DNA of 64,000 bases from Desulfosoma sp. (GCA_037481835.1 JBBFKW010000002.1:96001-160000); one strand, 5' to 3'; counted from the stretch's first letter, positions 18,964 through 29,065 are shown. A program made the numbers and translations. The notes: generated by a model from the sequence alone, not told the origin.

Positions 18964-19029
18964 ACATGGCGGAGCCGGCGTGCCGCCGGTGGAACGTGGC
19001 GGGCAGGTCGGCTCCTCAAGAGACAGGCT

Positions 19030-19485
19030 TCATGAGTTGACGCACTCCGGATAGCGCCACTGGGGGACAACGAGGGTCTCGGCGGCAGGGGCGTCTAGAG
19101 GAAGGGCGGCCGAAGCGGCTCCTCTGGGTGCGCCGCTTCGCTTTTCCAGTTCGCGCTGGCAATCGATGCACAGCCGTGCAGTGGGCTGGACTTCCAGCCG
19201 TTGCGGCTGGATGGCATCGCCACATCGGTCGCAAACCCCGAAGTCGCCGTCTTTCAGCCTTTTGAGAGCGCTTTCGATTTCCCAAGAAAGCTGCCGGTAC
19301 CGGTTGCGGAGTCGCCGGAGGGTTTCCCTCTGATGTTCCAGGACGGCCAGATCGGCCTCATCCATGGGTTCTCCCATGCGCCCGTGTTCGTCTTGAGAAT
19401 TTTCAAGGGATTGCAGGGATTCCATCAATGTGTCCCGGGCTGAACATAGCAGGGTTTCAAAGCGCTTCCGTGTGAACGGATCCAT
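19030..19485 (-). CDS. DksA/TraR C4 zinc-finger transcription factor
   Basis: Coiled coil with DEAD tip; CDRC..RL..P.ARLCIDC; RBS AAGGAGG. Confidence 0.88.
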   Translation of the reverse strand: MDPFTRKRFETLLCSARDTLMESLQSLENSQDEHGRMGEPMDEADLAVLEHQRETLRRLRNRYRQLSWEIESALKRLKDGDFGVCDRCGDAIQPQRLEVQPTARLCIDCQRELEKRSGAPRGAASAALPLDAPAAETLVVPQWRYPECVNS

Positions 19486-20212
19486 TAAAACATCCTCCTT
19501 GGTTCATGTCAGAGGTTGAGGCAAAAGGCTCTAAGGAAACCACCCGATCCGCCGCCTGCCGACGGACCAGGGCATCGTGGTAGACACCCAGGATGGCCGC
19601 ACCCCGCTGCCGGGCTTCGATGATGAGGGTGACCACGGTGTCCCGATTGCGAGGATCCAGGGATGCGGTGGGTTCGTCCAAGAGCAATATGGGATGCCTG
19701 CACACAAAGACTCGGGCGATATTCACCCGTTGTTGTTCCCCGCCGGAAAAGGTCGTGGGGGACAATCCCCAAAGGCGGCGAGCGATACCGAGGCGATGGA
19801 GCATGGTTTCGGCCCTTTCACGGGCTTCATTGGGAGCGACGCCCTGGTCGAGAAGCGGCTCCATGACGGCGTCGAGAGTGGACACTCTGGGGATGATGCG
19901 AAGGAACTGGCTCACGTAGCCGATGACATCCCGGCGCACCCTGAGCACGGTGCGGGCTGATGCGGTGGCGAGGTCGATGGTCTTCGTGCCGCACCGGATG
20001 AGGATTCGACCGTGATCCGCAGCGTAGTTGCCATAGATCATGCGCAGGACGGAGCTTTTCCCAATCCCGGATGGGCCTATGAGGGCGACGCTTTCCCCCC
20101 GCATGACTTCGAGGCTTAAACCGTTGAGGATGCAGAGTCGCACGCCGCCCTGCCCGTGGAGCGTGAAGGTCTTGGCGACGCATTCCACGCGAATCATCCA
20201 TTCCTTTGCCAT
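19457..20212 (-). CDS. phnL: C-P lyase ATPase PhnL
   Basis: KTFTLHGQGG, GPSGIGKS, IYGNY, GYVSQFLR.IPRV, PTTFSGGEQQRVNIAR. Confidence 0.95.
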   Translation of the reverse strand: MAKEWMIRVECVAKTFTLHGQGGVRLCILNGLSLEVMRGESVALIGPSGIGKSSVLRMIYGNYAADHGRILIRCGTKTIDLATASARTVLRVRRDVIGYVSQFLRIIPRVSTLDAVMEPLLDQGVAPNEARERAETMLHRLGIARRLWGLSPTTFSGGEQQRVNIARVFVCRHPILLLDEPTASLDPRNRDTVVTLIIEARQRGAAILGVYHDALVRRQAADRVVSLEPFASTSDMNQGGCFNGSVHTEAL

Positions 20213-20228
20213 GGCCCTCTCCTCGGGG

Positions 20229-21044
20229 TTAAACGCTCAGACGGGACGAGACAAGGAGTTGGGTGTACGGGTGCTGAGGATCATCGAGGACCCGATCCGT
20301 GAGTCCGTGTTCCACGATGCGCCCTTGGAACATGACGAAAAGGCGATGGGCGAGCAGCCGAGCTACGGTAAGATCGTGGGTGACCATGACCACCGACAAG
20401 GCGAGCTCGCGGACGAGGCGACGCATGAGGTCCAGGAAGCGGGCCTGAACGGAGACATCCAAACCGCTGGTGGGCTCGTCCATGAAAACAATCCGGGGGT
20501 TGGTGGCCAGGTTCTTGGCGATCTGAAGCCGCTGAAGCATACCGCCCGAATAAGTGCACGGAAGATCATCCAACCGCTTCAGATCCAGTTCGACGCGCTC
20601 CATCCAAAAGGACGCACACTCCCGCAGGTGCCGGAAACGACGTTCCCCCTCGGCCAGCAGCCTTTCGCAAATGTTCCCGCCGGCGCTGACACGCATGCGA
20701 ATCCCTTCCTCCGGCCGTTGAAAGACCACGCCGATGGCGGTGCGCAGCAGCCGGCGGCGAAGCGACGCATCCATGTGGTAGAGATCGACGAAATCCGAGC
20801 CGTTTCGATAAAGAACCGTTCCTTTGGTCGGGGCGAGAAGGCCCGAAAGGCACCGAAGCAAAGTCGTCTTCCCCGAGCCCGATTCCCCCACCACGCAAAC
20901 GACTTCGCCGGGGTATACGTCGAGGTCCACATTCAAGCATCCAACGCGAGTGCCGTACCGACGGGTGAGGCTTCGAGCGCGCAAAATGGGGTCGTCATCC
21001 ATGATTGTCGCCGATGGAAGCCTGTCACGGTGCGCCGTGGTCAT
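20229..21044 (-). CDS. phnK: C-P lyase ATPase PhnK
   Basis: GESGSGKT, VSAGGNI.ERL, SGGM.QRLQIA, GLDVSVQAR, VLDDPQHPYTQLLVSS; ATGA overlap with phnJ. Confidence 0.95.
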   Translation of the reverse strand: MTTAHRDRLPSATIMDDDPILRARSLTRRYGTRVGCLNVDLDVYPGEVVCVVGESGSGKTTLLRCLSGLLAPTKGTVLYRNGSDFVDLYHMDASLRRRLLRTAIGVVFQRPEEGIRMRVSAGGNICERLLAEGERRFRHLRECASFWMERVELDLKRLDDLPCTYSGGMLQRLQIAKNLATNPRIVFMDEPTSGLDVSVQARFLDLMRRLVRELALSVVMVTHDLTVARLLAHRLFVMFQGRIVEHGLTDRVLDDPQHPYTQLLVSSRLSV

Positions 21045-22039
21045 GGGCCCTCCTTTCCGGACGACGGTTCGAAGACGTCTTGGCGGTTTGTTAGGCCTTG
21101 GGTGGAGGGGCTGTCCGAAGAGTGAGCGACCGAAGCCTTCGCCCGTCGTTTTCGGCACGCGTCCGTATCCGAGCACACGAACATGCGGTGTCCCTCATCG
21201 TCCACGATGATTTCGTCCAGGTAATGGTCGTCGGCGCCGCACAGGCGGCATCGTTCCTTCCATCCTTCCACCGCAAAGGGAACATCCTCGAAGTCCAGGG
21301 GCTGTACGTCGGTGTAGGGTGGAACGGCATAGATGCGCTTTTCGCGGCCCGCTCCGAAAAGTTGCAAAGCCGGCATCTGGTGCATCTTCGGCGTGTCGAA
21401 CTTGGGGATGGGCGAGGGACTCATGACGTAGCGATTGTTCACCAGGACGGGGTAATCGAACGCTACGCCGATACGCCCCGTGCGCACCACGTCTTCATAG
21501 AGTTTGACGTACATGAGGCCGTAGTCCGCCAGGGCGTGCAGGGTTCGGCATTCTTCTTCCCGGGGTTCGATGAATCGCAGAGGTTCGGGAATGGGGACTT
21601 GGTAGACCAGGATTTGGCCTTCCCGCAGCGGCGTTTCGGGAATGCGGTGCCTCGTTTGAATGATCGTCGCCTCCTCGGTGACGGTGGTCGTCCTCACGTC
21701 GGCCGTTTTTCGAAAAAAATGCCGAATGCTCACGGCGTTGGTCGTATCGTCCGCTCCTTGGTCAATCACTTTAAGGACGTCGTCAGGCCCGATGAGCGAA
21801 GCCGTGATTTGGATTCCACCGGTGCCCCAGCCGTAGGGGAGCGGAATCTCCCGGCTGGCGAAGGGAATCTGGTGCCCGGGTATGGCCACGGCTTTGAGGA
21901 TGGTGCGTCGGATCATGCGCTTGGTCGTTTCGTCGAGAAAGGCTGGGTTATAACCCATAAGGCCGCGCCACGATTTTCTCTCCGCAGGCTGTCCCGTGAT
22001 GGTCTTAGCCAATGGGGGCGTGGGGGATGGCGATTCCAT
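21041..22039 (-). CDS. phnJ: C-P lyase radical-SAM subunit PhnJ
   Basis: PYGWGTGG glycyl-radical motif, IQTRHRIPE, CxxC...CSDTDAC. Confidence 0.97.
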   Translation of the reverse strand: MESPSPTPPLAKTITGQPAERKSWRGLMGYNPAFLDETTKRMIRRTILKAVAIPGHQIPFASREIPLPYGWGTGGIQITASLIGPDDVLKVIDQGADDTTNAVSIRHFFRKTADVRTTTVTEEATIIQTRHRIPETPLREGQILVYQVPIPEPLRFIEPREEECRTLHALADYGLMYVKLYEDVVRTGRIGVAFDYPVLVNNRYVMSPSPIPKFDTPKMHQMPALQLFGAGREKRIYAVPPYTDVQPLDFEDVPFAVEGWKERCRLCGADDHYLDEIIVDDEGHRMFVCSDTDACRKRRAKASVAHSSDSPSTQGLTNRQDVFEPSSGKEGP

Positions 22040-22048
22040 GGGAGCACC

Positions 22049-23149
22049 TTATCTTTCAGCCCCATCTTGGGGGACGGGGTCTTTGGGGGAACGGCGCACA
22101 TGACACAGTTCGGCCTGAAAGTCCACGTAATGGGGCAGCTTCAAATGCTGGACGAAGCCCGAGGCTTCCACGTTGTCGCTATGTCTCAGCACGAATTCCT
22201 GATCTTGGGCGGGATAGCGCACCTCTTCACCCAACTCTTGGGATCGCAGGGCGCGGTCCACGAGGGCCATGGCCATGGCCTTTCTTTCGTTGGCGCCGAA
22301 GACCAAACCGTACCCTTGCACGAAACCAGGGCAACCGGGGGAGCGCTGCTCGTTTCGGCTGAGCATCACGCACTCGGTGACCAAAATGGATCCGATGGTC
22401 ACGGTGAAGCCCGTCTCCGGCAGTTCAACGGTCACGGGCACATAGCCCATGCGGATTTCGCCTACGAATGGATGGCCTCGGAAACCAAACCCTCTTTGGG
22501 CGGAGTACGCCATTCCCACGAGGAAGCCCTCGTCTGCCCGGCCCAGGGTTTGCAGGCGGGCGCTGCGCGGCGCGGGAATCTCCAAGGGTTCTTGGGTCAC
22601 GTCCCGGGGTTCCAGGGCTTCGTCCGCTTTTGACTTTTCCACCAGGTGGGTGTCCCGAAGAAGATCGGCAAGGCGTGGTGCCCGCTGGGCCAAGGGAACG
22701 GATCGATCCGCCAGATAGACCACGTTTTCGGGGACGGCCTTGGATTGGAGAAGGGAGAAATCGAGCAGCCTGTGCGTGTAATCGTAGGTCGGGCCGAGGA
22801 GCTGACCTCCTGGAAGATCTTTGAAGGCTGCGGAAATACGCCGAAGAAGGCGCATGGCCCCCGTGTCCAGAGGTGTGGAAACACCGAGGCGCGGCAGGGT
22901 GGTTCGATAGGCGCGAAGAAGGAAGGCGGCTTCCACGAGATCCCCCTGGGCCTGTTTCACGGCCAGGGCGGCCAGTTCTCGATCATAGAGCGATCCTTCA
23001 GCCGCCACGCGATCCACGGCGAGTCCCAATTGCTCCTGGATCTGCTTCACATCGAGCTCCGGAAGCCGAATGTCGCCGCGCCGCTTTTCCGCAAGGAAGC
23101 GATGGGCGTTGGCAATGGCTCTTTCACCGCCCTTTACTGCGACGTACAT
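22049..23149 (-). CDS. phnI: C-P lyase subunit PhnI
   Basis: MYVAVKGGE start, RRISA.FKDLPGGQ.LGPT.DYTHRLL, HLKLPHYVDFQ. Confidence 0.97.
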   Translation of the reverse strand: MYVAVKGGERAIANAHRFLAEKRRGDIRLPELDVKQIQEQLGLAVDRVAAEGSLYDRELAALAVKQAQGDLVEAAFLLRAYRTTLPRLGVSTPLDTGAMRLLRRISAAFKDLPGGQLLGPTYDYTHRLLDFSLLQSKAVPENVVYLADRSVPLAQRAPRLADLLRDTHLVEKSKADEALEPRDVTQEPLEIPAPRSARLQTLGRADEGFLVGMAYSAQRGFGFRGHPFVGEIRMGYVPVTVELPETGFTVTIGSILVTECVMLSRNEQRSPGCPGFVQGYGLVFGANERKAMAMALVDRALRSQELGEEVRYPAQDQEFVLRHSDNVEASGFVQHLKLPHYVDFQAELCHVRRSPKDPVPQDGAER

Positions 23150-23778
23150 GAGAGACCTCCCACGGGCGATACATGGGTTGACCGGGGGACAGCCACCAGG
23201 TCGGCTTGGTGAGTAAAAAGCACATCCAATCCTCTGGGATAGAGGGCTTCCAGGCTTTGCCGCCAGTCCCAAAAGCTTTTCGGGCAACCGCGGACGCACA
23301 GGGCGCTCAGCCCTTGAATCCCTGGACCCGAAAGAAAAAAACCGTCCGCCACACCCGGGCTTGCCGAAGGGCTCAAAGACGCGACTTGCACGATGACGGT
23401 GGCGCCCAGGTAAGGTTCGTGTTCGGTGCCCATGGGAAAATCCACGGGGAAGGAAAGGCCGGATGGATCCGTGATCAAGGCAAGGTCAGCTTCCCGGGGG
23501 TCGCTTACCGTTCGCACCCGGGTGACCGACTGGATAGCCCATCGGGATTCATGGTCGATGGGCAGGTCGGTCCAAAGCCGTATCGACTCGTCGCCCAAGG
23601 TGAGGAGGACGACCCAGGATGCGGCATGAAGGTCCCGGGGGATCCCGCTCGGCTCTCGAAAAGTCACAAGCCGTCCGGGGTGAGCCATGGCGGTGAGCAG
23701 GGTTCGGAAAGCTTCCTGGGATTCCAAAATGGGTTCTCGAAAACCCATGGCGCGGATGACCTCGGCATAACTTGGCAT
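23134..23778 (-). CDS. phnH: C-P lyase subunit PhnH
   Basis: SQ..FR.LL.AMA.PG, GT...P..GAT, LSGPGI, YPRGLD. Confidence 0.93.
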   Translation of the reverse strand: MPSYAEVIRAMGFREPILESQEAFRTLLTAMAHPGRLVTFREPSGIPRDLHAASWVVLLTLGDESIRLWTDLPIDHESRWAIQSVTRVRTVSDPREADLALITDPSGLSFPVDFPMGTEHEPYLGATVIVQVASLSPSASPGVADGFFLSGPGIQGLSALCVRGCPKSFWDWRQSLEALYPRGLDVLFTHQADLVAVPRSTHVSPVGGLSCTSQ

Positions 23779-23842
23779 GGTTACTCCAAAACGTTTTCCG
23801 TGGCCTTTCGGGGACGGCCGCAGCAGGCGATGAGTGTGCGGT

Positions 23843-24313
23843 TCATTCGCCGCGAACCAAGGTCACGAATTCCACGCGCGTCGCCGCCACTCGGCCGGCT
23901 TCGCGCCGTTGCGCTTCCTGTTTTCGTCTCCACAGGGGATCGACGAAGGCAGCCGTGAGGTGTTCCCTCTTTTTCGGGTCCTGAAGTTGGGCGTCCAAAA
24001 CGGCGGCGATTTCCGCATGGCGCGGGCGCCGCCCCAAGACCATGGCTGTTCCCAAGCGACCGTCCCGGTCACTGACCGAGCATCGCGTCACGGTCACTTC
24101 TCCCACGTAGAAACGTTCCCCTTCGCCGCCGACTCGGGCCTGTACCATGAGCAACCCGATTTCGGGGCCATGAACCACGGCGTATTCAGGTTTGGGCTCG
24201 TAGCGATCCCAAAAGAGTTGGAGATCCTCCGAATCCGCTTCTGCCAAAACGGTCATCCATCGGCGGCGGGCCTCTTGCATTTCTTTTTCAACACCGGATG
24301 AGATGGGTTCCAT
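23843..24313 (-). CDS. phnG: C-P lyase subunit PhnG
   Basis: PEIGL.MV..R.GG.G..F.VGE.TVTRC, AAVLDA, ATRVEF.TLVRGE. True start 24313 lies inside the long track ORF. Confidence 0.93.
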   Translation of the reverse strand: MEPISSGVEKEMQEARRRWMTVLAEADSEDLQLFWDRYEPKPEYAVVHGPEIGLLMVQARVGGEGERFYVGEVTVTRCSVSDRDGRLGTAMVLGRRPRHAEIAAVLDAQLQDPKKREHLTAAFVDPLWRRKQEAQRREAGRVAATRVEFVTLVRGE

Positions 24314-24324
24314 GGGGTGCCCTC

Positions 24325-25470
24325 TCAAATAAAACGGCGGCGCAGCTTGGCGCACAAGGTGTCGATGATCGTGACGGCCAAAATGACCATACCCATCATG
24401 GTGGCCACATCCCGGTACTGGTAACTGCTGATCTTGTCGAACATGAGAAAGCCGATACCCCCTGCACCGCAAAAGCCCAGAATGGTGGCGCTGCGCACAT
24501 TGGATTCGAACCGCAGAAGGCTGTAGCTCACGACCAAAGGCATGACTTGGGGCATGACGGCAAAGGAGAGCACCTGCAGCGGACCGGCTCCGGTGGCCGA
24601 GACCGCCTCCGCTTGCCCCGGTTCGATGGCTTCGATGGCTTCGCTGAAGACCTTGCCTAGGATGCCGAAAGTATGGATGGCGAGGGCCATGACGCCGGCA
24701 AAAGGCCCTAGCCCGATGACCGCGACGAAAACGAGAGCCATGACGAATTCGTTGAAACCGCGGCAAAAATCCAAGAGTCGACGGATGGTGAATTGGCACG
24801 CGCGGCGCAGCGTGCGATAAATCCATCCTTCGCCGGGAAAGAAAATTTCCAAAGTGTTCCGTGCCGCAAAAAAAGATACGGGCAGAGCCCACAAGACGGC
24901 GAGCAGGCTTCCCCAGATGGCGATGGCCACCGTCTCCATAAGGGACACGGCATAGGACTTGATGTTGGATGCACTGGTCTGGGGAGGAAAGAAGCCGCCC
25001 CGTTTTTCCGTCACAAGGCGTTTGAATTCTTTGTCCGCGAGACTGCGGCGTTCTTCCTCGGGCATGGCGGCCAAACGCTTTTCCGCCAGGGCTTTGGCCT
25101 CCCGTAACAACGCCGAGGATTCTGCAAGGCGTCCCGACGCATGGGCCTTGGCTTTGATTTCCTGAAGAATTTCCTGGGTCAGAATAATCTCCGGCATGCG
25201 TTCGGCCTGCCGGCGCGCCTCCTCCAGTTCCTCGACCGTAAGTTCGCGGCCGAAAAGATAAGTCCAGGCGTGATGCCGTTTCTCCCAAAGCTTCAAGGGG
25301 TCGATTCCGGTGCGGACATAAGTGACGCCCAGAACGAGCAGGATGGCCCCGAGCATCAAAGCCTTTTTCACATGCTGCACGGTTACAGGAGACCCAGCTC
25401 TTGAAGGGGCTCTCACTTCGACAACGTCCATAACGGCCTTCCCGGGAGACGCCGGCAGGCGTTCCCCCAT
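24325..25470 (-). CDS. phnE: Phosphonate ABC permease PhnE (with helical insertion)
   Basis: GLGPFAGV.AL..HT.G.LGK.FSEAIE, RFESNVRSATILG. Alternative start 25431. Confidence 0.93.
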   Translation of the reverse strand: MGERLPASPGKAVMDVVEVRAPSRAGSPVTVQHVKKALMLGAILLVLGVTYVRTGIDPLKLWEKRHHAWTYLFGRELTVEELEEARRQAERMPEIILTQEILQEIKAKAHASGRLAESSALLREAKALAEKRLAAMPEEERRSLADKEFKRLVTEKRGGFFPPQTSASNIKSYAVSLMETVAIAIWGSLLAVLWALPVSFFAARNTLEIFFPGEGWIYRTLRRACQFTIRRLLDFCRGFNEFVMALVFVAVIGLGPFAGVMALAIHTFGILGKVFSEAIEAIEPGQAEAVSATGAGPLQVLSFAVMPQVMPLVVSYSLLRFESNVRSATILGFCGAGGIGFLMFDKISSYQYRDVATMMGMVILAVTIIDTLCAKLRRRFI

Positions 25471-25534
25471 TACTTTTCCGCCGAAGGGCTGCCGCAGGGA
25501 TCAGGGCGGGAGCCGGCTTCGGCAGCACAAGGAT

Positions 25535-26425
25535 TTAAGACGCTTGAGCCAACTGTTTTTTGAGCTGGTTGAGATAGCGAATGACGTCGTAGACCGAGTC
25601 GTCGGCCGGGCCGTAACCGCCGATCTGAAGTTTTTCCAAAGCGGGTTTGTCGGCGTTGAACATCATCAAAGCCCCGGCGAAGGCGGCCTTCAGGCTTTCG
25701 GGGAGATCCTTTCGAGCGCACATGGGCGATCCGGGGATGAGTTCCGACTTCCACAGAACGGTAAAATCGTCAAAGGACGCCTGCCCTTTTTCGCTCATGC
25801 GGTTAATGTCGATGTTGTTTGTGGCCGCCACATCGATGGAACCGTTCTTGACGGCCAGAATGCTTGCCCCGTGGGAGCCGGAAAATTTGACGTCCTTAAA
25901 GTACTGCTTCGGGTCCACTTTCAGGTCCCGGTAAAAAAGCAGGTTCGGCACCAAGTACCCAGAAGTGGAGTTGGGGTCGGTGAAGGCAAAGACCTTGCCC
26001 TTGGCGTCCTCCAATTTTTCGATCCCTGAGCCTTTCTTGGCAATGATGACGCCGTAGTATCCCGGCTCACCCGAGGTGTCTTTCTCCATGGCCAAAGCGA
26101 CGGCTCCCGCCTTTTCTGAAGCTTCCACGTAGCTCTTGGGGCCAAGATAGGCAAAGTCGATGTGTTTATGGGCCATGGCCGTGATGACACCCGCATAATC
26201 GGAAGCACTCTGAGCCTCGACCTTGACTCCCAGGGTTTTTTCCAGGTGCTTGATGAGCGGCTCAAATCTCTTGACGATGTCCGCTCCCCCTTCGGTGGGA
26301 ATCAGTCCGATACGCACGGTTTGGGGCCACGAGTCCGGGTTGGCCATGGAAACGGACGAGCCGAAGCTTGCCAAGAAGCCTAAAATCACCCCGTAAAAAA
26401 CCAAGCTCTTTTGCCACAGGTTCAT
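25535..26425 (-). CDS. phnD: Phosphonate ABC substrate-binding protein PhnD
   Basis: Signal peptide; ASDYAGVI, DPNSTSGYLVP, SGSH.AS, WKSELIP. Confidence 0.95.
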   Translation of the reverse strand: MNLWQKSLVFYGVILGFLASFGSSVSMANPDSWPQTVRIGLIPTEGGADIVKRFEPLIKHLEKTLGVKVEAQSASDYAGVITAMAHKHIDFAYLGPKSYVEASEKAGAVALAMEKDTSGEPGYYGVIIAKKGSGIEKLEDAKGKVFAFTDPNSTSGYLVPNLLFYRDLKVDPKQYFKDVKFSGSHGASILAVKNGSIDVAATNNIDINRMSEKGQASFDDFTVLWKSELIPGSPMCARKDLPESLKAAFAGALMMFNADKPALEKLQIGGYGPADDSVYDVIRYLNQLKKQLAQAS

Positions 26426-26466
26426 TTTCGCTCTCCTCCTTTTTCAATAATCTGCCTCATGATCCC

Positions 26467-27297
26467 TTACGCACAGGCCAGGGCCTCCTCCCTTGCCACG
26501 GGGCATCGACCCTGATAGATGTGAGCCACCGTCTCCTCGTCCAAAAGAGACGCCTCACCGTCAAAGACCACCCGCCCTGCGCTCATTCCCATGACCCTTT
26601 TGGCGTAACGTTTGACGAAGTCCAAATGATGCAGGTTGACCACCACGGGAATGCCTTTCCTTTCGTGAATTTCCTGAAGGAGGCTCATGACCGTCGAAGC
26701 GCTTCGCGGGTCCAGGCTGGCAATGGGTTCATCGGCCAAAATGACATCCGGTTCCTGGGCCAGGACCCGGGCGATGGCCACGCGTTGCTGTTGTCCGCCC
26801 GAGAGGCGGTCGGCGCGCTGAGAGGCCAGGTTCGCAATGCCCACTTCAGCCAGGCAGTGCAGGGCGTAGTCTTTTTCGTGTTTGGAAAAGAACCGGGCGA
26901 GGGACAAGGTGTGAAGCACGGGGGAATTTTGAAACCGCAAACGCCCCGCCAGAACGTTTTCCAAAACCGTCAACCTACTGACCAAGTGAAACTGTTGGAA
27001 AATCATGCCAACCCGGCGCCTCACCCGCTGCAAGGCCTTGCCGGACACGGTGGTGATGTCCTCGCCAAGAAGGATCAGCCGCCCGGATGTGGGCTCCAGA
27101 AGCCTGTTGAGGCAGCGCAGCAGGGTGGACTTTCCGGCTCCGGAACACCCGATGATAATGAGAAAATCGTCGGCGAGGAGATCGAAACTGACGTTGTCGA
27201 CCGCTAAGGTTCCCGATGGGTAGCGCTTGACCAAATTTCGGACCTGGAAGACGGGGTCCGCGTTGAGGCAGTTCAGGGACGACGCTGCTAGACGCAT
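26467..27297 (-). CDS. phnC: Phosphonate ABC ATPase PhnC
   Basis: [48 protein letters not shown]. Confidence 0.95.
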   Translation of the reverse strand: MRLAASSLNCLNADPVFQVRNLVKRYPSGTLAVDNVSFDLLADDFLIIIGCSGAGKSTLLRCLNRLLEPTSGRLILLGEDITTVSGKALQRVRRRVGMIFQQFHLVSRLTVLENVLAGRLRFQNSPVLHTLSLARFFSKHEKDYALHCLAEVGIANLASQRADRLSGGQQQRVAIARVLAQEPDVILADEPIASLDPRSASTVMSLLQEIHERKGIPVVVNLHHLDFVKRYAKRVMGMSAGRVVFDGEASLLDEETVAHIYQGRCPVAREEALACA

Positions 27298-28526
27298 GAC
27301 GAACACTCCTTGTCGGCAGAGTTTTTCTTATTGGGCGCGAACGAGTGAAAGCGCTGAAGCTCCGTCCCTTTCGGCCCGGCTTCGTACACGAGTCGCCCCG
27401 CGACCCACAATCGGGTCACTCGGGCCCATGGTCCGTGGACCTCGACGACGGCCACATCCGCGGGGTACCCAGGTTTGAGAAAACCGCAGGGGACGGTCCG
27501 GGAAAGAAGGCCGGCCGGTCCTGAGGTCACGTGAGCCAGGCAAAGGTCCAAAGGGGTGGCGCACAGCCGGTGAAGGACGAAGGGTGCCTGGAGCAGGCAC
27601 TCCGGGTAATAGTCGCTGACCAGAGCGTCGGTAAGCCCCATGGAGACCGCTTCCCGTGCGCTCAGATGGCTGTTGGAGGACGCCCCGCGAACGACGTTGG
27701 GCGCGCCGACCAGGACCGCCATGGCCCGATCCTTGGCTTCCCGGGCCGCCTCGGCCGTCACGGGGAATTCAGAGCCGCAGGCACCGAGATCATGGACGAA
27801 GCCCACTTTTTCCCGGCTGTCGTCATCATGGCTCAGGAGTGGGGTGCGGCATCGGGATGCAGCCTCCGCAATGCGTCCCACATCCCGCCAAGCCTGATCC
27901 CTTTTACGGACTTTGGCCGCGGCCATGGAGGCCGTTTCGTCAGGGCTGAGCTTGTACGTACCCGAATAGTAGCGATGAAAGGCCTCAAAACTACGGAACT
28001 GCCCCTGACCGGGAGTGTGGTCCATGATGGAGACCATGTCCAAAAGGCCTTCGAGCAAAAGACGTTCAAAGATTTCTCGCGCCTTGTCCGAACCCACTTC
28101 AAAACGCCCGTGAACGCAATGGCGGACCGAAGAATGGCCGGAGGCGTCAAAAGCCTTGATGAGCCGCACAAGGGCTTCGGCCCTGTCCGGCGATCGAAGG
28201 CCGAGCTCGTTGTCTGCGAAGCTGATGGCGTGACAAAACGTGGTGATCCCGGAGGCGGCAAGCCTTCGATCCAGGGTGGTTAGGGCGAAATCCGGCTCAA
28301 AGAGCACCCCGGGGCGCATTTCGATGCATTTTTCCAAAACATCCGAGTGAAGGTCTACGAGCCCCGGGAGGATGAGGCCCCCGCGGACGTCCACGGAAAC
28401 CGTCCCCTGGGAAGGGCCGTCGACGCCATGCACTTCGAGGACGCCCGTGTGATCGAAGACGATTCGTCCTCGGTCGTAAAGCCTTTCGCCGTCAAACAAG
28501 GGACCGCCGTAAAGACGCGTTCTCAT
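27288..28526 (-). CDS. phnM: Ribose 1-methylphosphonate 5-triphosphate diphosphatase PhnM
   Basis: PGLVDLHSD..E, MDHTPGQGQF, SHDD, EFP, GAPNVVRG.S, SDYYP. Confidence 0.95.
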   Translation of the reverse strand: MRTRLYGGPLFDGERLYDRGRIVFDHTGVLEVHGVDGPSQGTVSVDVRGGLILPGLVDLHSDVLEKCIEMRPGVLFEPDFALTTLDRRLAASGITTFCHAISFADNELGLRSPDRAEALVRLIKAFDASGHSSVRHCVHGRFEVGSDKAREIFERLLLEGLLDMVSIMDHTPGQGQFRSFEAFHRYYSGTYKLSPDETASMAAAKVRKRDQAWRDVGRIAEAASRCRTPLLSHDDDSREKVGFVHDLGACGSEFPVTAEAAREAKDRAMAVLVGAPNVVRGASSNSHLSAREAVSMGLTDALVSDYYPECLLQAPFVLHRLCATPLDLCLAHVTSGPAGLLSRTVPCGFLKPGYPADVAVVEVHGPWARVTRLWVAGRLVYEAGPKGTELQRFHSFAPNKKNSADKECSSCV

Positions 28527-29065
28527 GGCACCTCCTCGACCGGCGACAAAAAAGCGCCTGCGTTGTCGCCGCAACACAGGGCTCGACACGTGGGCGCATC
28601 GATGCGGTAGACTCTGGACCGGGCATCCCGAAAGCCCGCTTTCTCGTAAAAACCCCGCCGTGTGCTTTCCCGCTCCTCGCTGGTCACGACTTCCAGCCGG
28701 ACCGCGCGGCAACTGCGGGCATACGCTACGGCATGCGACGAAAGGGCTCGGCCCACACCCCGCCCCCGCCATTCGGGGCGGACAACGAGCTCTTCGATGG
28801 TCACCTGTTCTCCTCCAAGACGCAGGCAGAGATGGCGGCGCACGGTGATCATGCCGATGATGCGGCCTTCCGGATGGGAGACGGCCAGAACGCAGCGATA
28901 CGCCGGATCGTGGAAGAGCTCAAGGCAGACAAGCTGAAGGCGATCCATGGGAACGTCATATCCCAAGGCGTTCAGGAGTTCGCGGATGGATTCCAGATCC
29001 TTCAGACGAGCGTTCCGAAAAACGAAGGGTGTCTCTTCCGCACGGGAGGGCGCATCGGCTATCAT
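28523..29065 (-). CDS. phnO: GNAT acetyltransferase, PhnO-like (aminoalkylphosphonate N-acetyltransferase)
   Basis: IEELVV.PEWRGRGVG and FYEKAGF; first gene of the phn operon; RBS GAGGAG. Confidence 0.65.
   Translation of the reverse strand: MIADAPSRAEETPFVFRNARLKDLESIRELLNALGYDVPMDRLQLVCLELFHDPAYRCVLAVSHPEGRIIGMITVRRHLCLRLGGEQVTIEELVVRPEWRGRGVGRALSSHAVAYARSCRAVRLEVVTSEERESTRRGFYEKAGFRDARSRVYRIDAPTCRALCCGDNAGAFLSPVEEVP

Noticed and set aside
24314..25528. 561-aa ORF suggesting a large PhnG fusion
   Set aside because: The upstream part is an alternative frame of phnE; PhnG begins at 24313.
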